Under the pieces are notes generated by a model. It was not told the origin of the DNA. It searched no databases and was given only the letters and a program-made list of their open reading frames with translations. Positions 44,237-53,333 of a stretch of 64,000 nucleotides of DNA are shown here, piece after piece. The position numbers and the translations under genes were made by a program. The stretch lies in assembly GCA_023666335.1 (NCBI GenBank), contig JAMPCE010000001.1, forward strand, positions 103,116-167,115, read 5' to 3'. The first letter of the stretch is position 1, and each line of letters opens with the position of its first letter. The DNA comes from a bacterium (lineage in GTDB: Bacteria; Bacillota; Clostridia; Lachnospirales; Lachnospiraceae).

Positions 44237-44761
44237 ATGGTCTACTATGAGGAAAACGACATAAAAATACGGGACATGCAGCCGGCTGACGCGCCGATCA
44301 TCACCGCGGAGGAGATCGCCCAGGGGTGGGACGCCGATATCGCAAAATACGAAATGCGGCTGAAACATCAGGCAGAGGGAAAATCCGTCTCCATCGTGGC
44401 GGAATATAAAGGGCAGGCCGCGGGCTATATCAACGTATATCCGAATTCCGAATGGGTACCTTTTGGCGGGCAGGGCTACACCGAGATCGTTGATTTTGGC
44501 GTATTGGAAAAATACCGCCGCAAAGGAATCGGCAGCAAACTCATGGATGTGGCGGAAGAGATTGCAGCCGGATACGCCGACATGGTCTATCTTGGCGTCG
44601 GTTTACACAGCGGATACGGGAGCGCGCAGAGAATGTATGTGAAGCGCGGCTATATCCCCGACGGCAGCGGCGTCTGGTATCAAAATAAGGTCTGCGTGCC
44701 ATATGCGCCCTGCTGTAATGACGATGAACTGAATCTGTATTTTGTGAAAAAGGTTAAATGA
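44237..44761 (+). CDS. GNAT family N-acetyltransferase
   Basis: ...VLEKYRRKGIGSKLMDVAEE... is the acetyl-CoA binding motif. RBS gcaggagag. Confidence 0.8.
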   Translation: MVYYEENDIKIRDMQPADAPIITAEEIAQGWDADIAKYEMRLKHQAEGKSVSIVAEYKGQAAGYINVYPNSEWVPFGGQGYTEIVDFGVLEKYRRKGIGSKLMDVAEEIAAGYADMVYLGVGLHSGYGSAQRMYVKRGYIPDGSGVWYQNKVCVPYAPCCNDDELNLYFVKKVK

Positions 44762-44763
44762 TA

Positions 44764-44817
44764 CAAAAAAAGAGCATTGCCGCAGCCTTTCGGCCATCCG
44801 CAATGCTCCTTTATTCT
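44764..44817. terminator. Bidirectional terminator between the convergent GNAT gene and rpmB
   Basis: A-run, then stem gagcattgc / gcaatgctc around a 19-nt loop, followed by ctttatt. Confidence 0.5.
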
Positions 44818-44829
44818 GCAAAAACAGAC

Positions 44830-45015
44830 TTATGCGCGCTCGACTGCGCCGGAACGCAGGCAGCGTGTGCACACATGCAGCTTCTTATTGCCGCCATTCA
44901 CTTTGCATTTTACGTTCTGAATATTGGAATGCCAGATCCTGTTCGATCTTCTATGAGAATGGCTGACGTTGTTACCGAAGTGAGCGCCCTTACCACAAAT
45001 ATCACATTTAGCCAT
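44830..45015 (-). CDS. rpmB: 50S ribosomal protein L28
   Basis: MAKCDICGKGAHFGNNVSHSHRRSNRIWHSNIQNVKCKVNGGNKKLHVCTRCLRSG. RBS gggaggtg. Confidence 0.9.
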   Translation of the reverse strand: MAKCDICGKGAHFGNNVSHSHRRSNRIWHSNIQNVKCKVNGGNKKLHVCTRCLRSGAVERA

Positions 45016-45198
45016 TATTACACCTCCCAACAAATTTAGAATATCCGAATCGACTTTGTCTGTCTGTTCGACACAACATTAGTATGATAGCAGAAAGTGA
45101 AATGAATTGCAAGTATAATTTCTACTTTTTTTTCGGACTTTTTTTTCGGATTCATTTTTGCTATAATGTCTATAATATGATGATACAGGAGGTAGTCT

Positions 45199-45558
45199 AT
45201 GAAAGTTTCTTCAATGGATACCCATATGGGAAATATCTCAATTGACCAGGACGTGATCGCGCAGTATGCCGGCACCGTGGCGATGGAATGCTTCGGCGTC
45301 GTCGGCATGGCGAGCATGAGCGTCAAGGACGGTCTGGTAAAGCTCCTCAAGAAGGACAGCATGACCCGTGGCATACGGGTGTTTTTGAATAACAATAAAC
45401 TCACCGTCAATTTCCACATCATCGTCTCTTACGGCGTGAGCATTCTGGCGGTATCCGACAACCTGATCGACAGCGTGAAGTATAAGGTCGAGGAGTTTGC
45501 GGGAATTCCGGTGGAAAAGATCAACATCTTCGTAGAAGGTGTCCGGGTGATAGATTAA
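45199..45558 (+). CDS. Asp23/Gls24 family envelope stress protein (YloU-like)
   Basis: ...IAQYAGTVAMECFGVVGMAS... matches the Asp23 family. It lies upstream of a DAK2/YloV gene, as in the Bacillus yloU-yloV arrangement. Confidence 0.85.
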   Translation: MKVSSMDTHMGNISIDQDVIAQYAGTVAMECFGVVGMASMSVKDGLVKLLKKDSMTRGIRVFLNNNKLTVNFHIIVSYGVSILAVSDNLIDSVKYKVEEFAGIPVEKINIFVEGVRVID

Positions 45559-45573
45559 AGGGAGGATGAAACG

Positions 45574-47262
45574 GTGGGTTCAAATACGATAGATGCCGCT
45601 TTGATGGCTAAGATGTTCTTAGCCGGAGCGAAAAATCTGGAAAATAAAAAAGAGTGGATCAATGAATTGAACGTGTTTCCGGTGCCGGACGGCGATACGG
45701 GCACGAATATGACGATGACGATCATGTCGGCGGCGAGAGAAGTGTCCGCCCTCTACGAGATGGGCGATATCGACATGGTATCCCTGTGCAAGGCGGTCTC
45801 ATCAGGGTCTCTCCGCGGGGCGCGGGGCAATTCGGGTGTCATCCTGTCCCAGCTTTTTCGGGGCTTTACCAAAGGGGTAAAGGAATGTCAGGAGATCACG
45901 ATCCCCGTCCTTGCCGCAGCTTTTGAGAAAGCGGTGGAGACAGCTTACAAGGCGGTCATGAAGCCGAAAGAGGGCACGATCCTCACGGTGGCAAAGGGCG
46001 GCGCGGCAAAGGCGAGAGAGCTTGCGGATGCGGGCGTCACCGATTTGTCGGCATTTCTGGAGCAGGTGATCGCCCATGCGGACGAGGTGCTTGCGCAGAC
46101 GCCGGAAATGCTTCCCGTCTTAAAGCAGGCGGGTGTTGTTGACTCGGGCGGTCAAGGACTGATGCAGGTCTTAAAAGGCGCTTACGACGCGTATCTTGGC
46201 AAGGAGATCGACCTGACGGTCGAGAAAGGCGCCGGGGCGGTTTCCGGCAGTCCGGCAGGCGCGAGCAGCTATAACGCGCAGGCAAACGCGGAGATCAAAT
46301 TCGGTTACTGCACCGAGTTCATCATCATGCTGAACAAGGTGTTCAATATCAAGACGGAGATGGATTTCAAGGCTTATTTGGAGTCGATCGGGGATTCCAT
46401 TGTGGTGGTAGCGGACGAGGACGTGGTAAAGGTGCATGTACATACCAACGATCCGGGGCTTGCCATCCAGAAAGCGCTTAAGTACGGTGCACTATCCAAC
46501 ATGAAGATCGACAATATGCGGCTGGAGCATCAGGAGAAGCTGTTTAAGATGTCCGGACAGGAGGCGAAGCCTGTGCAGGAGGAGGAACTTCCGGGACCGA
46601 AGAAAGACGTTGGTTTTATCGCCGTTTCCGTAGGGGACGGAATCGCGGAGATCTTTAAGGGATTGGGGGTAGACCACGTCATCGAGGGCGGTCAGACCAT
46701 GAATCCCAGCACGGAGGATATGTTGAATGCGATCGACAAGGTGAACGCGGACAGCATCTTCATCCTGCCGAACAATAAAAACATCATCCTTGCCGCCAAT
46801 CAGGCGCAATCGCTGGTAAAGGACAAAAAGATCGTGGTGATCCCCACAAAGACGGTACCGCAGGGCATCACGGCGGTGATCAACTATGTGCCGGAGCTGT
46901 CGGTGGAGGAAAATGCGGAAACGATGATCGCGGAGATGGAGTCTGTGGCGACGGGACAGGTCACTTATGCGGTGCGTGATACGAACATTGACGGTCGGGA
47001 GATCAAACAGGGCGACTTTATGGGACTCGGCGATCACGGGATCCTCTCGGTCGGCACGTCCATCTTAAGCGTGACGCTTGAGATGGCGGAGGCTATGATG
47101 ACGCCGGATAAGGAGCTGATCAGCATTTACTACGGGGAAGAGATCGACGAGGACGACGCGCAGAAGTTGAGCGGGCGCCTTTCCGAAAAGTATCCCGACT
47201 GCGATATCGAATTACAGTACGGCGGGCAGCCGATCTACTATTATATCATCTCGGCGGAGTAG
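45574..47262 (+). CDS. DAK2 domain fusion protein YloV
   Basis: N-terminal DhaL-like region (...PDGDTGTNM...RGNSGVILSQ...) followed by a C-terminal uncharacterised domain. GTG start with an aagggagg RBS. Confidence 0.85.
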   Translation: MGSNTIDAALMAKMFLAGAKNLENKKEWINELNVFPVPDGDTGTNMTMTIMSAAREVSALYEMGDIDMVSLCKAVSSGSLRGARGNSGVILSQLFRGFTKGVKECQEITIPVLAAAFEKAVETAYKAVMKPKEGTILTVAKGGAAKARELADAGVTDLSAFLEQVIAHADEVLAQTPEMLPVLKQAGVVDSGGQGLMQVLKGAYDAYLGKEIDLTVEKGAGAVSGSPAGASSYNAQANAEIKFGYCTEFIIMLNKVFNIKTEMDFKAYLESIGDSIVVVADEDVVKVHVHTNDPGLAIQKALKYGALSNMKIDNMRLEHQEKLFKMSGQEAKPVQEEELPGPKKDVGFIAVSVGDGIAEIFKGLGVDHVIEGGQTMNPSTEDMLNAIDKVNADSIFILPNNKNIILAANQAQSLVKDKKIVVIPTKTVPQGITAVINYVPELSVEENAETMIAEMESVATGQVTYAVRDTNIDGREIKQGDFMGLGDHGILSVGTSILSVTLEMAEAMMTPDKELISIYYGEEIDEDDAQKLSGRLSEKYPDCDIELQYGGQPIYYYIISAE

Positions 47263-47278
47263 CCGAAAGCGGAGCAAT

Positions 47279-49336
47279 ATGGATATCAGATCTTTGAAGG
47301 GCGTCGGTGACAAAACCGCCGCCCTCTTTGAAAAACTGCATATTTTTACGGCGGAGGAGCTGGTCCGCTATTATCCGAGAGATTACGAACAGTTTTCGGA
47401 ACCCGTTGCGCTTGCCTCGGCGCAGCCGGAGGAACTTGTGACGGTGGAGGGCAGGCTTTTGGGCAATGTGGCGACAAGGCATGTGCGCGGGCTTTCCATT
47501 ACGGGTTTTCAGGTGTCCTGCGCGGGCGGCGGGACGCTTTCTCTGACCTACTTTAATATGCCGTATCTGAAAAACAGCTTAAAGCGCGGCGTTCCCTACT
47601 TTTTCAGAGGGCGGCTGCATCGGGGAAAAGAGCGGTTTTTCATGGAACAGGCAAAGATCTATAAGCCGGAGGAGTACGGGAAGCTTATGGACGCTTTGCA
47701 GCCGCGCTATGCCGTCACGAAAGGGCTTACCAACAATGCCGTCACCAAAGCGGTCAGACAGGCGATCGGGCTGGTGGCTTTTGCGGAGGATGCGCTGCCG
47801 GAGGAGATTTGTAAAAAAGAAAGATTTATGGGTCTTTCGGAAGCGGTCGCGCAGATGCACTTTCCGACGAATCGGGAGACGCTTACGGAAGCGAGAAGAC
47901 GGCTTGTGTTCGAGGAGTTCTTTCAGTTCATTCTGGCAGTCCGCAGGATGAAAGAGGCGGGCGAGCGGGAGAAAAACGCCCACCCCATGCTGGAAGTGGC
48001 GCAGACGAAACGGCTGATCGAAGCGCTGCCTTACCGCCTGACGGGGGCGCAGGAGCGGGTGTGGCGGGAGATTCAGGACGACCTGTGCGGGGAAAGCGTG
48101 ATGAACCGCCTGATCCAGGGGGACGTCGGTTCCGGCAAGACCATCCTTGCGTTTCTTTCTCTTATCATGTGCGTGGCAAACGGCTGTCAGGGGGCGATGA
48201 TGGCGCCGACGGAGGTGCTTGCCAGACAGCATTATGAGAGTCTTTGCGCGCTGAAAAAGAAATACGGGCTGGAGATTCATCCGGTTTTATTGACCGGTTC
48301 GGTCACCGGAAAGAGCAGGCGGGAAATCTATGAAGCGATCGAGAGCGGCGAAGCGGATATCATTCTGGGGACGCACGCCCTGATTCAGGAGAAAGTCGCG
48401 TATCGAAACCTTGCGCTCGTCGTCACGGATGAACAGCACCGCTTCGGCGTCAGGCAGCGGGAGAGCCTGATGGAGAAAGGAAGCGCCGTCCATGTGCTGG
48501 TGATGAGCGCGACGCCCATTCCAAGGACGCTTGCCATCATTCTTTACGGGGATCTGCACATTTCCGTGCTGGATGAACTGCCGGCGGACAGACTGGCAAT
48601 TAAAAACTGTGTAGTGAACACAAATTATCGAAATACAGCCTATCATTTTATTGAAAAAGAAGTGGCGTCCGGCAGTCAGGCTTATGTGATCTGCCCGATG
48701 GTGGAGGAGGGGGAGTCGCAGGAACTCGAGGATGTGGGCACTTACACCCAAAAGCTGCGGGGAGCGCTTCCGCCGTCGGTTCGGGTTGCCGCTCTGCACG
48801 GCAGGATGCGGTCTGCGGAGAAAAACCGCATCATGGAGGCTTTCGAGGCGCACGATATCGACGTGCTGGTTTCCACCACCGTGATCGAGGTAGGAATCAA
48901 TGTGCCAAACGCCACGGTGATGCTCATCGAAAACGCGGAGCGGTTCGGGCTGGCGCAGCTTCACCAGCTCAGAGGCAGGGTGGGTCGCGGCGACAAGCAG
49001 TCCTACTGCATCTTTATCAGCGCCTCCGAAAAGCTGGAGACGATGGAACGGTTAAAGATTTTGAACGAGTCGAACGACGGCTTTGTGATCGCGGGAAAGG
49101 ACCTTGCCCTGCGCGGACCGGGGGACCTTTTCGGCATCCGGCAGAGCGGCGAGATGCAGTTTGCGCTGGGCGATATCTATCAGGACGCGGCGATCCTGCA
49201 AAGCGCGAGCGACTGGGCGGACCGCATCCTGTTAGAGGACCCGGAACTTATGCAAAAAGAGCACGAGGGGCTGAAAAGAAGTCTTGAGGGGAAACTTGCC
49301 GCAGGCGGAAATGAGGTTGACTTTAGGAGTATCTGA
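47279..49336 (+). CDS. recG: ATP-dependent DNA helicase RecG
   Basis: Wedge domain followed by an SF2 helicase core (GDVGSGKT, DEQHRFG, ...QLRGRVGRG). Confidence 0.95.
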   Translation: MDIRSLKGVGDKTAALFEKLHIFTAEELVRYYPRDYEQFSEPVALASAQPEELVTVEGRLLGNVATRHVRGLSITGFQVSCAGGGTLSLTYFNMPYLKNSLKRGVPYFFRGRLHRGKERFFMEQAKIYKPEEYGKLMDALQPRYAVTKGLTNNAVTKAVRQAIGLVAFAEDALPEEICKKERFMGLSEAVAQMHFPTNRETLTEARRRLVFEEFFQFILAVRRMKEAGEREKNAHPMLEVAQTKRLIEALPYRLTGAQERVWREIQDDLCGESVMNRLIQGDVGSGKTILAFLSLIMCVANGCQGAMMAPTEVLARQHYESLCALKKKYGLEIHPVLLTGSVTGKSRREIYEAIESGEADIILGTHALIQEKVAYRNLALVVTDEQHRFGVRQRESLMEKGSAVHVLVMSATPIPRTLAIILYGDLHISVLDELPADRLAIKNCVVNTNYRNTAYHFIEKEVASGSQAYVICPMVEEGESQELEDVGTYTQKLRGALPPSVRVAALHGRMRSAEKNRIMEAFEAHDIDVLVSTTVIEVGINVPNATVMLIENAERFGLAQLHQLRGRVGRGDKQSYCIFISASEKLETMERLKILNESNDGFVIAGKDLALRGPGDLFGIRQSGEMQFALGDIYQDAAILQSASDWADRILLEDPELMQKEHEGLKRSLEGKLAAGGNEVDFRSI

Positions 49337-49414
49337 CGGTAAACTGATTACAGTCAGACATACAAAACGGAATCGACAACTTATGAATGCAGTATGGCGG
49401 ATAAAGGAGCGGAT

Positions 49415-50281
49415 ATGGCGAAAAAGGTAGCGGTCATCACGGACAGTAACAGCGGCATCACGCAGGCGCAGGCAAAGGAGTACGGAATCTATGTGCTGCC
49501 GATGCCGTTTATGATAAACGAGGAGACTTACTTTGAAGATATCACGCTGACGCAGGAGGCGTTTTATAAGCGTCTTGCCGAAAATGCGGATGTGATCACC
49601 AGCCAGCCAAGCCCCGAGTCTGTTTTAAAGCTCTGGGACGAGGCGCTTTTGACGCATGACGAGATCGTGCATATTCCCATGTCGAGCGGCTTAAGCGGTT
49701 CCTGTCAGAGCGCGCTCATGCTGGCGGAGGACTATGACGGAAAGGTACAGGTGGTCAATAACCAGCGGATCTCCGTGACACAGAGGCAGTCGGCGTTCGA
49801 CGCTAAGATGCTTGCGGAGAAAGGTTTCGGCGCAGCCAAGATCAGGGACATTTTGGAAGAGGATAAGTTCAATTCCAGCATTTACATCATGCTTGACACC
49901 CTCTATTACTTGAAAAAGGGCGGCAGGATCACGCCTGCTGCGGCAGCGCTGGGGACGATCCTGAAATTAAAGCCCGTGCTGCAGATCCAGGGCGAGAAGC
50001 TGGATGCTTTTGCGAAAGCAAGGACGGTCTCCCAGGGTAAGAGCATTATGATCAATGCGATCCGCAGCGATATGGAGAAGCGGTTTGGCGGCGCCACGCC
50101 TGATAATATCCATTTGCAGATCGCTTATACGCATGACAGGGCGGCGGCAGAGCAGCTCAAGCGGGAAGTGGAGGAAGCGTTCCCGGGGTTTGCCGTGCAT
50201 ATGGATCCGCTGTCGCTTAGTATTGCGTGTCATATCGGGCCGGGGGCGTTAGCAGTAGCTTGCTGCAAGTGTCTGAATTAA
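49415..50281 (+). CDS. DegV family fatty-acid binding protein
   Basis: MAKKVAVITDSNSGI...SQPSP...LSGS motifs. RBS aaaggag. Confidence 0.85.
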   Translation: MAKKVAVITDSNSGITQAQAKEYGIYVLPMPFMINEETYFEDITLTQEAFYKRLAENADVITSQPSPESVLKLWDEALLTHDEIVHIPMSSGLSGSCQSALMLAEDYDGKVQVVNNQRISVTQRQSAFDAKMLAEKGFGAAKIRDILEEDKFNSSIYIMLDTLYYLKKGGRITPAAAALGTILKLKPVLQIQGEKLDAFAKARTVSQGKSIMINAIRSDMEKRFGGATPDNIHLQIAYTHDRAAAEQLKREVEEAFPGFAVHMDPLSLSIACHIGPGALAVACCKCLN

Positions 50282-50314
50282 TTAAGTGCGAAACGCATCT
50301 GCGGTGGTTGAAAT

Positions 50315-50478
50315 GATACAAATCGTATAACCATAAGCAGACGCGCTTGCGCTCCATTCTGAGCGTAACAGACGCTAAACTCGGGAGTTGTGTCGCAATT
50401 CCATCGCAACGCAACTCCGAACCTCGTTAAGCGCTGACGCTCTCCAAGGGTCTGCTTATGGTTATACGATTTGCATCA
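50315..50478. mobile_element. MITE-like intergenic repeat, copy 1 (about 164 bp with 28-bp terminal inverted repeats)
   Basis: Left TIR gatacaaatcgtataaccataagcagac (50315-50342). The right TIR (50451-50478) reverse-complements to gatgcaaatcgtataaccataagcagac, a 27/28 match. Internal sub-hairpins are present. A second copy lies at 56002-56147. Confidence 0.7.
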
Positions 50479-50563
50479 TTAGATTTACGTTGAGAACGTT
50501 TCGCCATGATTAACCATAGAAAATTAAGTTTTAAAAAATAAGTTTAGGAAAGACTGTAGTAGT

Positions 50564-51832
50564 ATGAAAGAGAATAGTCTGCAAAAAATGTTTACTTTTA
50601 TAGAGAAAAGCCCGACGAGTTTCCACGCGGTGGCGAATCTGGAGAAGATGTTGGAGGAAAAGGGATTTGTCGGGCTGTCGGAGCGGGAAAGGTGGACGAT
50701 CGAAAGGGGTGGGAAATATTATGTAAACCGAAACGGTTCTTCCCTGATTGCGTTTACCGTACCGTCCCAAAAGCCGTCGGGCTTTCATATGACGGCGGCG
50801 CACAGCGATTCGCCGTGTTTTAAGATCAAGGAGTCGCCGGAGATCGCGGCGGATTCGGGGTATTGCAAGCTGAATGTGGAGAAGTACGGCGGGATGATCC
50901 TTTCTACATGGCTGGACAGACCGCTTTCCGTAGCGGGCAGAGTCATCGTCAAAGACGGGGATGACCTGCGCAGTTGTCTGGTCGATCTGGACAGGGACAC
51001 GGCGATCATTCCCAATCTGGCGATCCATATGAACCGGGATATGAATAAGGGCGTTGAATACAATCCCCAGACGGATATGCAGCCGATCATCGGAGAAGCG
51101 TCCGGCAAAGAGCATTTTGCGGCGCAGATCGCGAAAGCGGCTGGTGTGAGAGAAACGGAGATTTTGGGCAGCGACTTATTTTTGTATAACAGGGACAGAT
51201 GCCGCCTGATCGGGATAGACGATGCGTTTATTGCGGGACCGAGGCTGGACGACCTCGAATGCGCGTATGCGGGGATCACGGCGCTTGCGGAGGAAATGCC
51301 GGAAAGTTATGTAAACCTATGCGCGGTATTTGACAATGAAGAAGTGGGGAGCGGCACGAAACAGGGCGCGGCGTCCACTTTTTTGAAAGATGTGCTGGAA
51401 CGGATCAGCGGCGGGCTGGGGATCGGCGCGGAGGAATATCGCTGCATGCTTGCGGACAGTTTTCTCATTTCCGCGGATAACGCGCACGCGGTTCACCCGA
51501 ACCACAAGGAGAAAGCGGACGAGACGAACAGACCTGTACTGAACGGGGGTATCGTGATCAAGTACCACGGCAGTCAGAAATATGCCACGGACGCCTATTC
51601 AGCCGCCGTGATGAAAGATCTCTGCAACAGGGCGGGCGTGCCGTTCCAGTCCTATGCGAACCGCGCGGATATCGTGGGCGGGTCTACGCTTGGCAATATC
51701 GCGATGTCGCAGGTGTCGGTCAATACGGTGGATATCGGACTGCCGCAGCTTGCCATGCACTCGGCATTGGAGACGGCGGGCGCAAAAGATGCGGCGTATC
51801 TGATCAAGGTGCTGCGGACCTTTTATCAATAA
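50564..51832 (+). CDS. M18 family aminopeptidase, copy 2
   Basis: AHSDSPCFKIK motif and a C-terminal ...LGNIAMSQVSVNTVDIGLPQLAMHSALE segment. Confidence 0.85.
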   Translation: MKENSLQKMFTFIEKSPTSFHAVANLEKMLEEKGFVGLSERERWTIERGGKYYVNRNGSSLIAFTVPSQKPSGFHMTAAHSDSPCFKIKESPEIAADSGYCKLNVEKYGGMILSTWLDRPLSVAGRVIVKDGDDLRSCLVDLDRDTAIIPNLAIHMNRDMNKGVEYNPQTDMQPIIGEASGKEHFAAQIAKAAGVRETEILGSDLFLYNRDRCRLIGIDDAFIAGPRLDDLECAYAGITALAEEMPESYVNLCAVFDNEEVGSGTKQGAASTFLKDVLERISGGLGIGAEEYRCMLADSFLISADNAHAVHPNHKEKADETNRPVLNGGIVIKYHGSQKYATDAYSAAVMKDLCNRAGVPFQSYANRADIVGGSTLGNIAMSQVSVNTVDIGLPQLAMHSALETAGAKDAAYLIKVLRTFYQ

Positions 51833-51857
51833 ATGAAAAATAAACGGAGAACACACA

Positions 51858-53333
51858 TTGCAGGACGAGCAGACGATAAAAACAGAATGTTTTGACGAAG
51901 ATATGGAACGCTGCCGCGAAGCGGTGGCGGCTTTTGTGCATTTACACGGCGCGCCTCCGAAAGCCTGCGTGGTCACGTTCGGCTGCCAGATGAACGCGAG
52001 GGATTCCGAGAAACTGGCGGGAATCCTGCTTGCGAGCGGGCATGAGCTGGTCGAGGCCGAGGAGGAAGCGGACTTTGTCCTCTACAATACCTGCACGGTG
52101 CGGGACAACGCTAACCAGCGCGTCTACGGGCGGCTGGGGGTCTTAAACAGCCTGAAAAAGAAGAAACCATACCTGAAAGTCGCCCTCTGCGGCTGTATGA
52201 TGCAGGAGCGGGAGGCGGTCGAAAAGATCAAAAAAAGCTATCGTTTCGTAGATCTGATCTTCGGCACGCACAATCTGTTTGATTTTAAGCGGCTTCTGGC
52301 AAAGGCATACGAGAGCGAAGGGATGGTGGCGGAAATCTGGGAGGGCACCGACCGGATCGTCGAAGATCTTCCCGTAAAGCGCAAATACAGCTATAAATCG
52401 GGCGTCAACATCATGTTCGGCTGTAACAACTTTTGCAGTTACTGCATCGTGCCCTATGTGCGCGGCAGGGAGCGGAGCAGGGAGCCGCAGGATATCCTGC
52501 GGGAGATCGAAGAACTGGTGGAGGACGGCGTGGCGGAGATCATGCTGCTGGGGCAGAATGTCAATTCCTACGGAAAGACATTGGCGCAGCCGATCACGTT
52601 TGCAGAGCTCTTGCGTAAGATCGAGCAGATCGAGGGACTTAGGCGTATCCGTTTTATGACGTCCCATCCGAAAGACCTTTCCGATGACCTGATCGCGGTG
52701 ATGCGGGATTCCACAAAGATATGCCGTCATCTGCATCTGCCCTTGCAGGCAGGCTCCGACAGGATCTTGCAAGCCATGAACAGGCAGTATACGAAAGCGC
52801 AGTATCTGGCTCTCGTGGACAAGCTGAAAAAGGAGATTCCGGATATTGCGATCACTACGGATCTGATCGTGGGCTTTCCGGGGGAGACGCTTGCGGATGT
52901 GGAGGAGACGATCGATGTGGTGCGGCGGGTGCAGTACGACAACGCTTTCACCTTTATCTATTCCAGGCGGACGGGAACGCCCGCGGCGTCTATGGAAGAT
53001 CAGGTGCCGGAAGAGGTCGTGCGGGAGGGGTTTGACAAGCTCCTTTCCGTCGTGCAGGAGACAGCCAGAGAAAGGGCGGCGCTTTTGAAAGGAAGGACGA
53101 TGGAGGCGCTGGTGGAAGAAGTGAACGAGCAGGATCCGGCGTTTGTGACAGGGCGGCTCTCCAACAATATGCTGGTGCACTTTAAGGCGGACAGGAGACT
53201 GGTAGGAAAATTTGTTATGGTGGTGCTTGACCGCTGTCATGGTTTTTATTATACAGGGCATATGGTTGACTGGCTAGGTCAATCAAAACACACGAGACTG
53301 GGAAAGATGGTTGATAACCAATGGCTGAACTGA
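51858..53333 (+). CDS. miaB: tRNA-i6A37 methylthiotransferase MiaB
   Basis: MTTase N-terminal domain (VVTFGCQMN), radical SAM motif CNNFCSYCIVP, and a TRAM domain. TTG start. The C-terminal tail overlaps the mutS start by 13 nt. Confidence 0.9.
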   Translation: MQDEQTIKTECFDEDMERCREAVAAFVHLHGAPPKACVVTFGCQMNARDSEKLAGILLASGHELVEAEEEADFVLYNTCTVRDNANQRVYGRLGVLNSLKKKKPYLKVALCGCMMQEREAVEKIKKSYRFVDLIFGTHNLFDFKRLLAKAYESEGMVAEIWEGTDRIVEDLPVKRKYSYKSGVNIMFGCNNFCSYCIVPYVRGRERSREPQDILREIEELVEDGVAEIMLLGQNVNSYGKTLAQPITFAELLRKIEQIEGLRRIRFMTSHPKDLSDDLIAVMRDSTKICRHLHLPLQAGSDRILQAMNRQYTKAQYLALVDKLKKEIPDIAITTDLIVGFPGETLADVEETIDVVRRVQYDNAFTFIYSRRTGTPAASMEDQVPEEVVREGFDKLLSVVQETARERAALLKGRTMEALVEEVNEQDPAFVTGRLSNNMLVHFKADRRLVGKFVMVVLDRCHGFYYTGHMVDWLGQSKHTRLGKMVDNQWLN

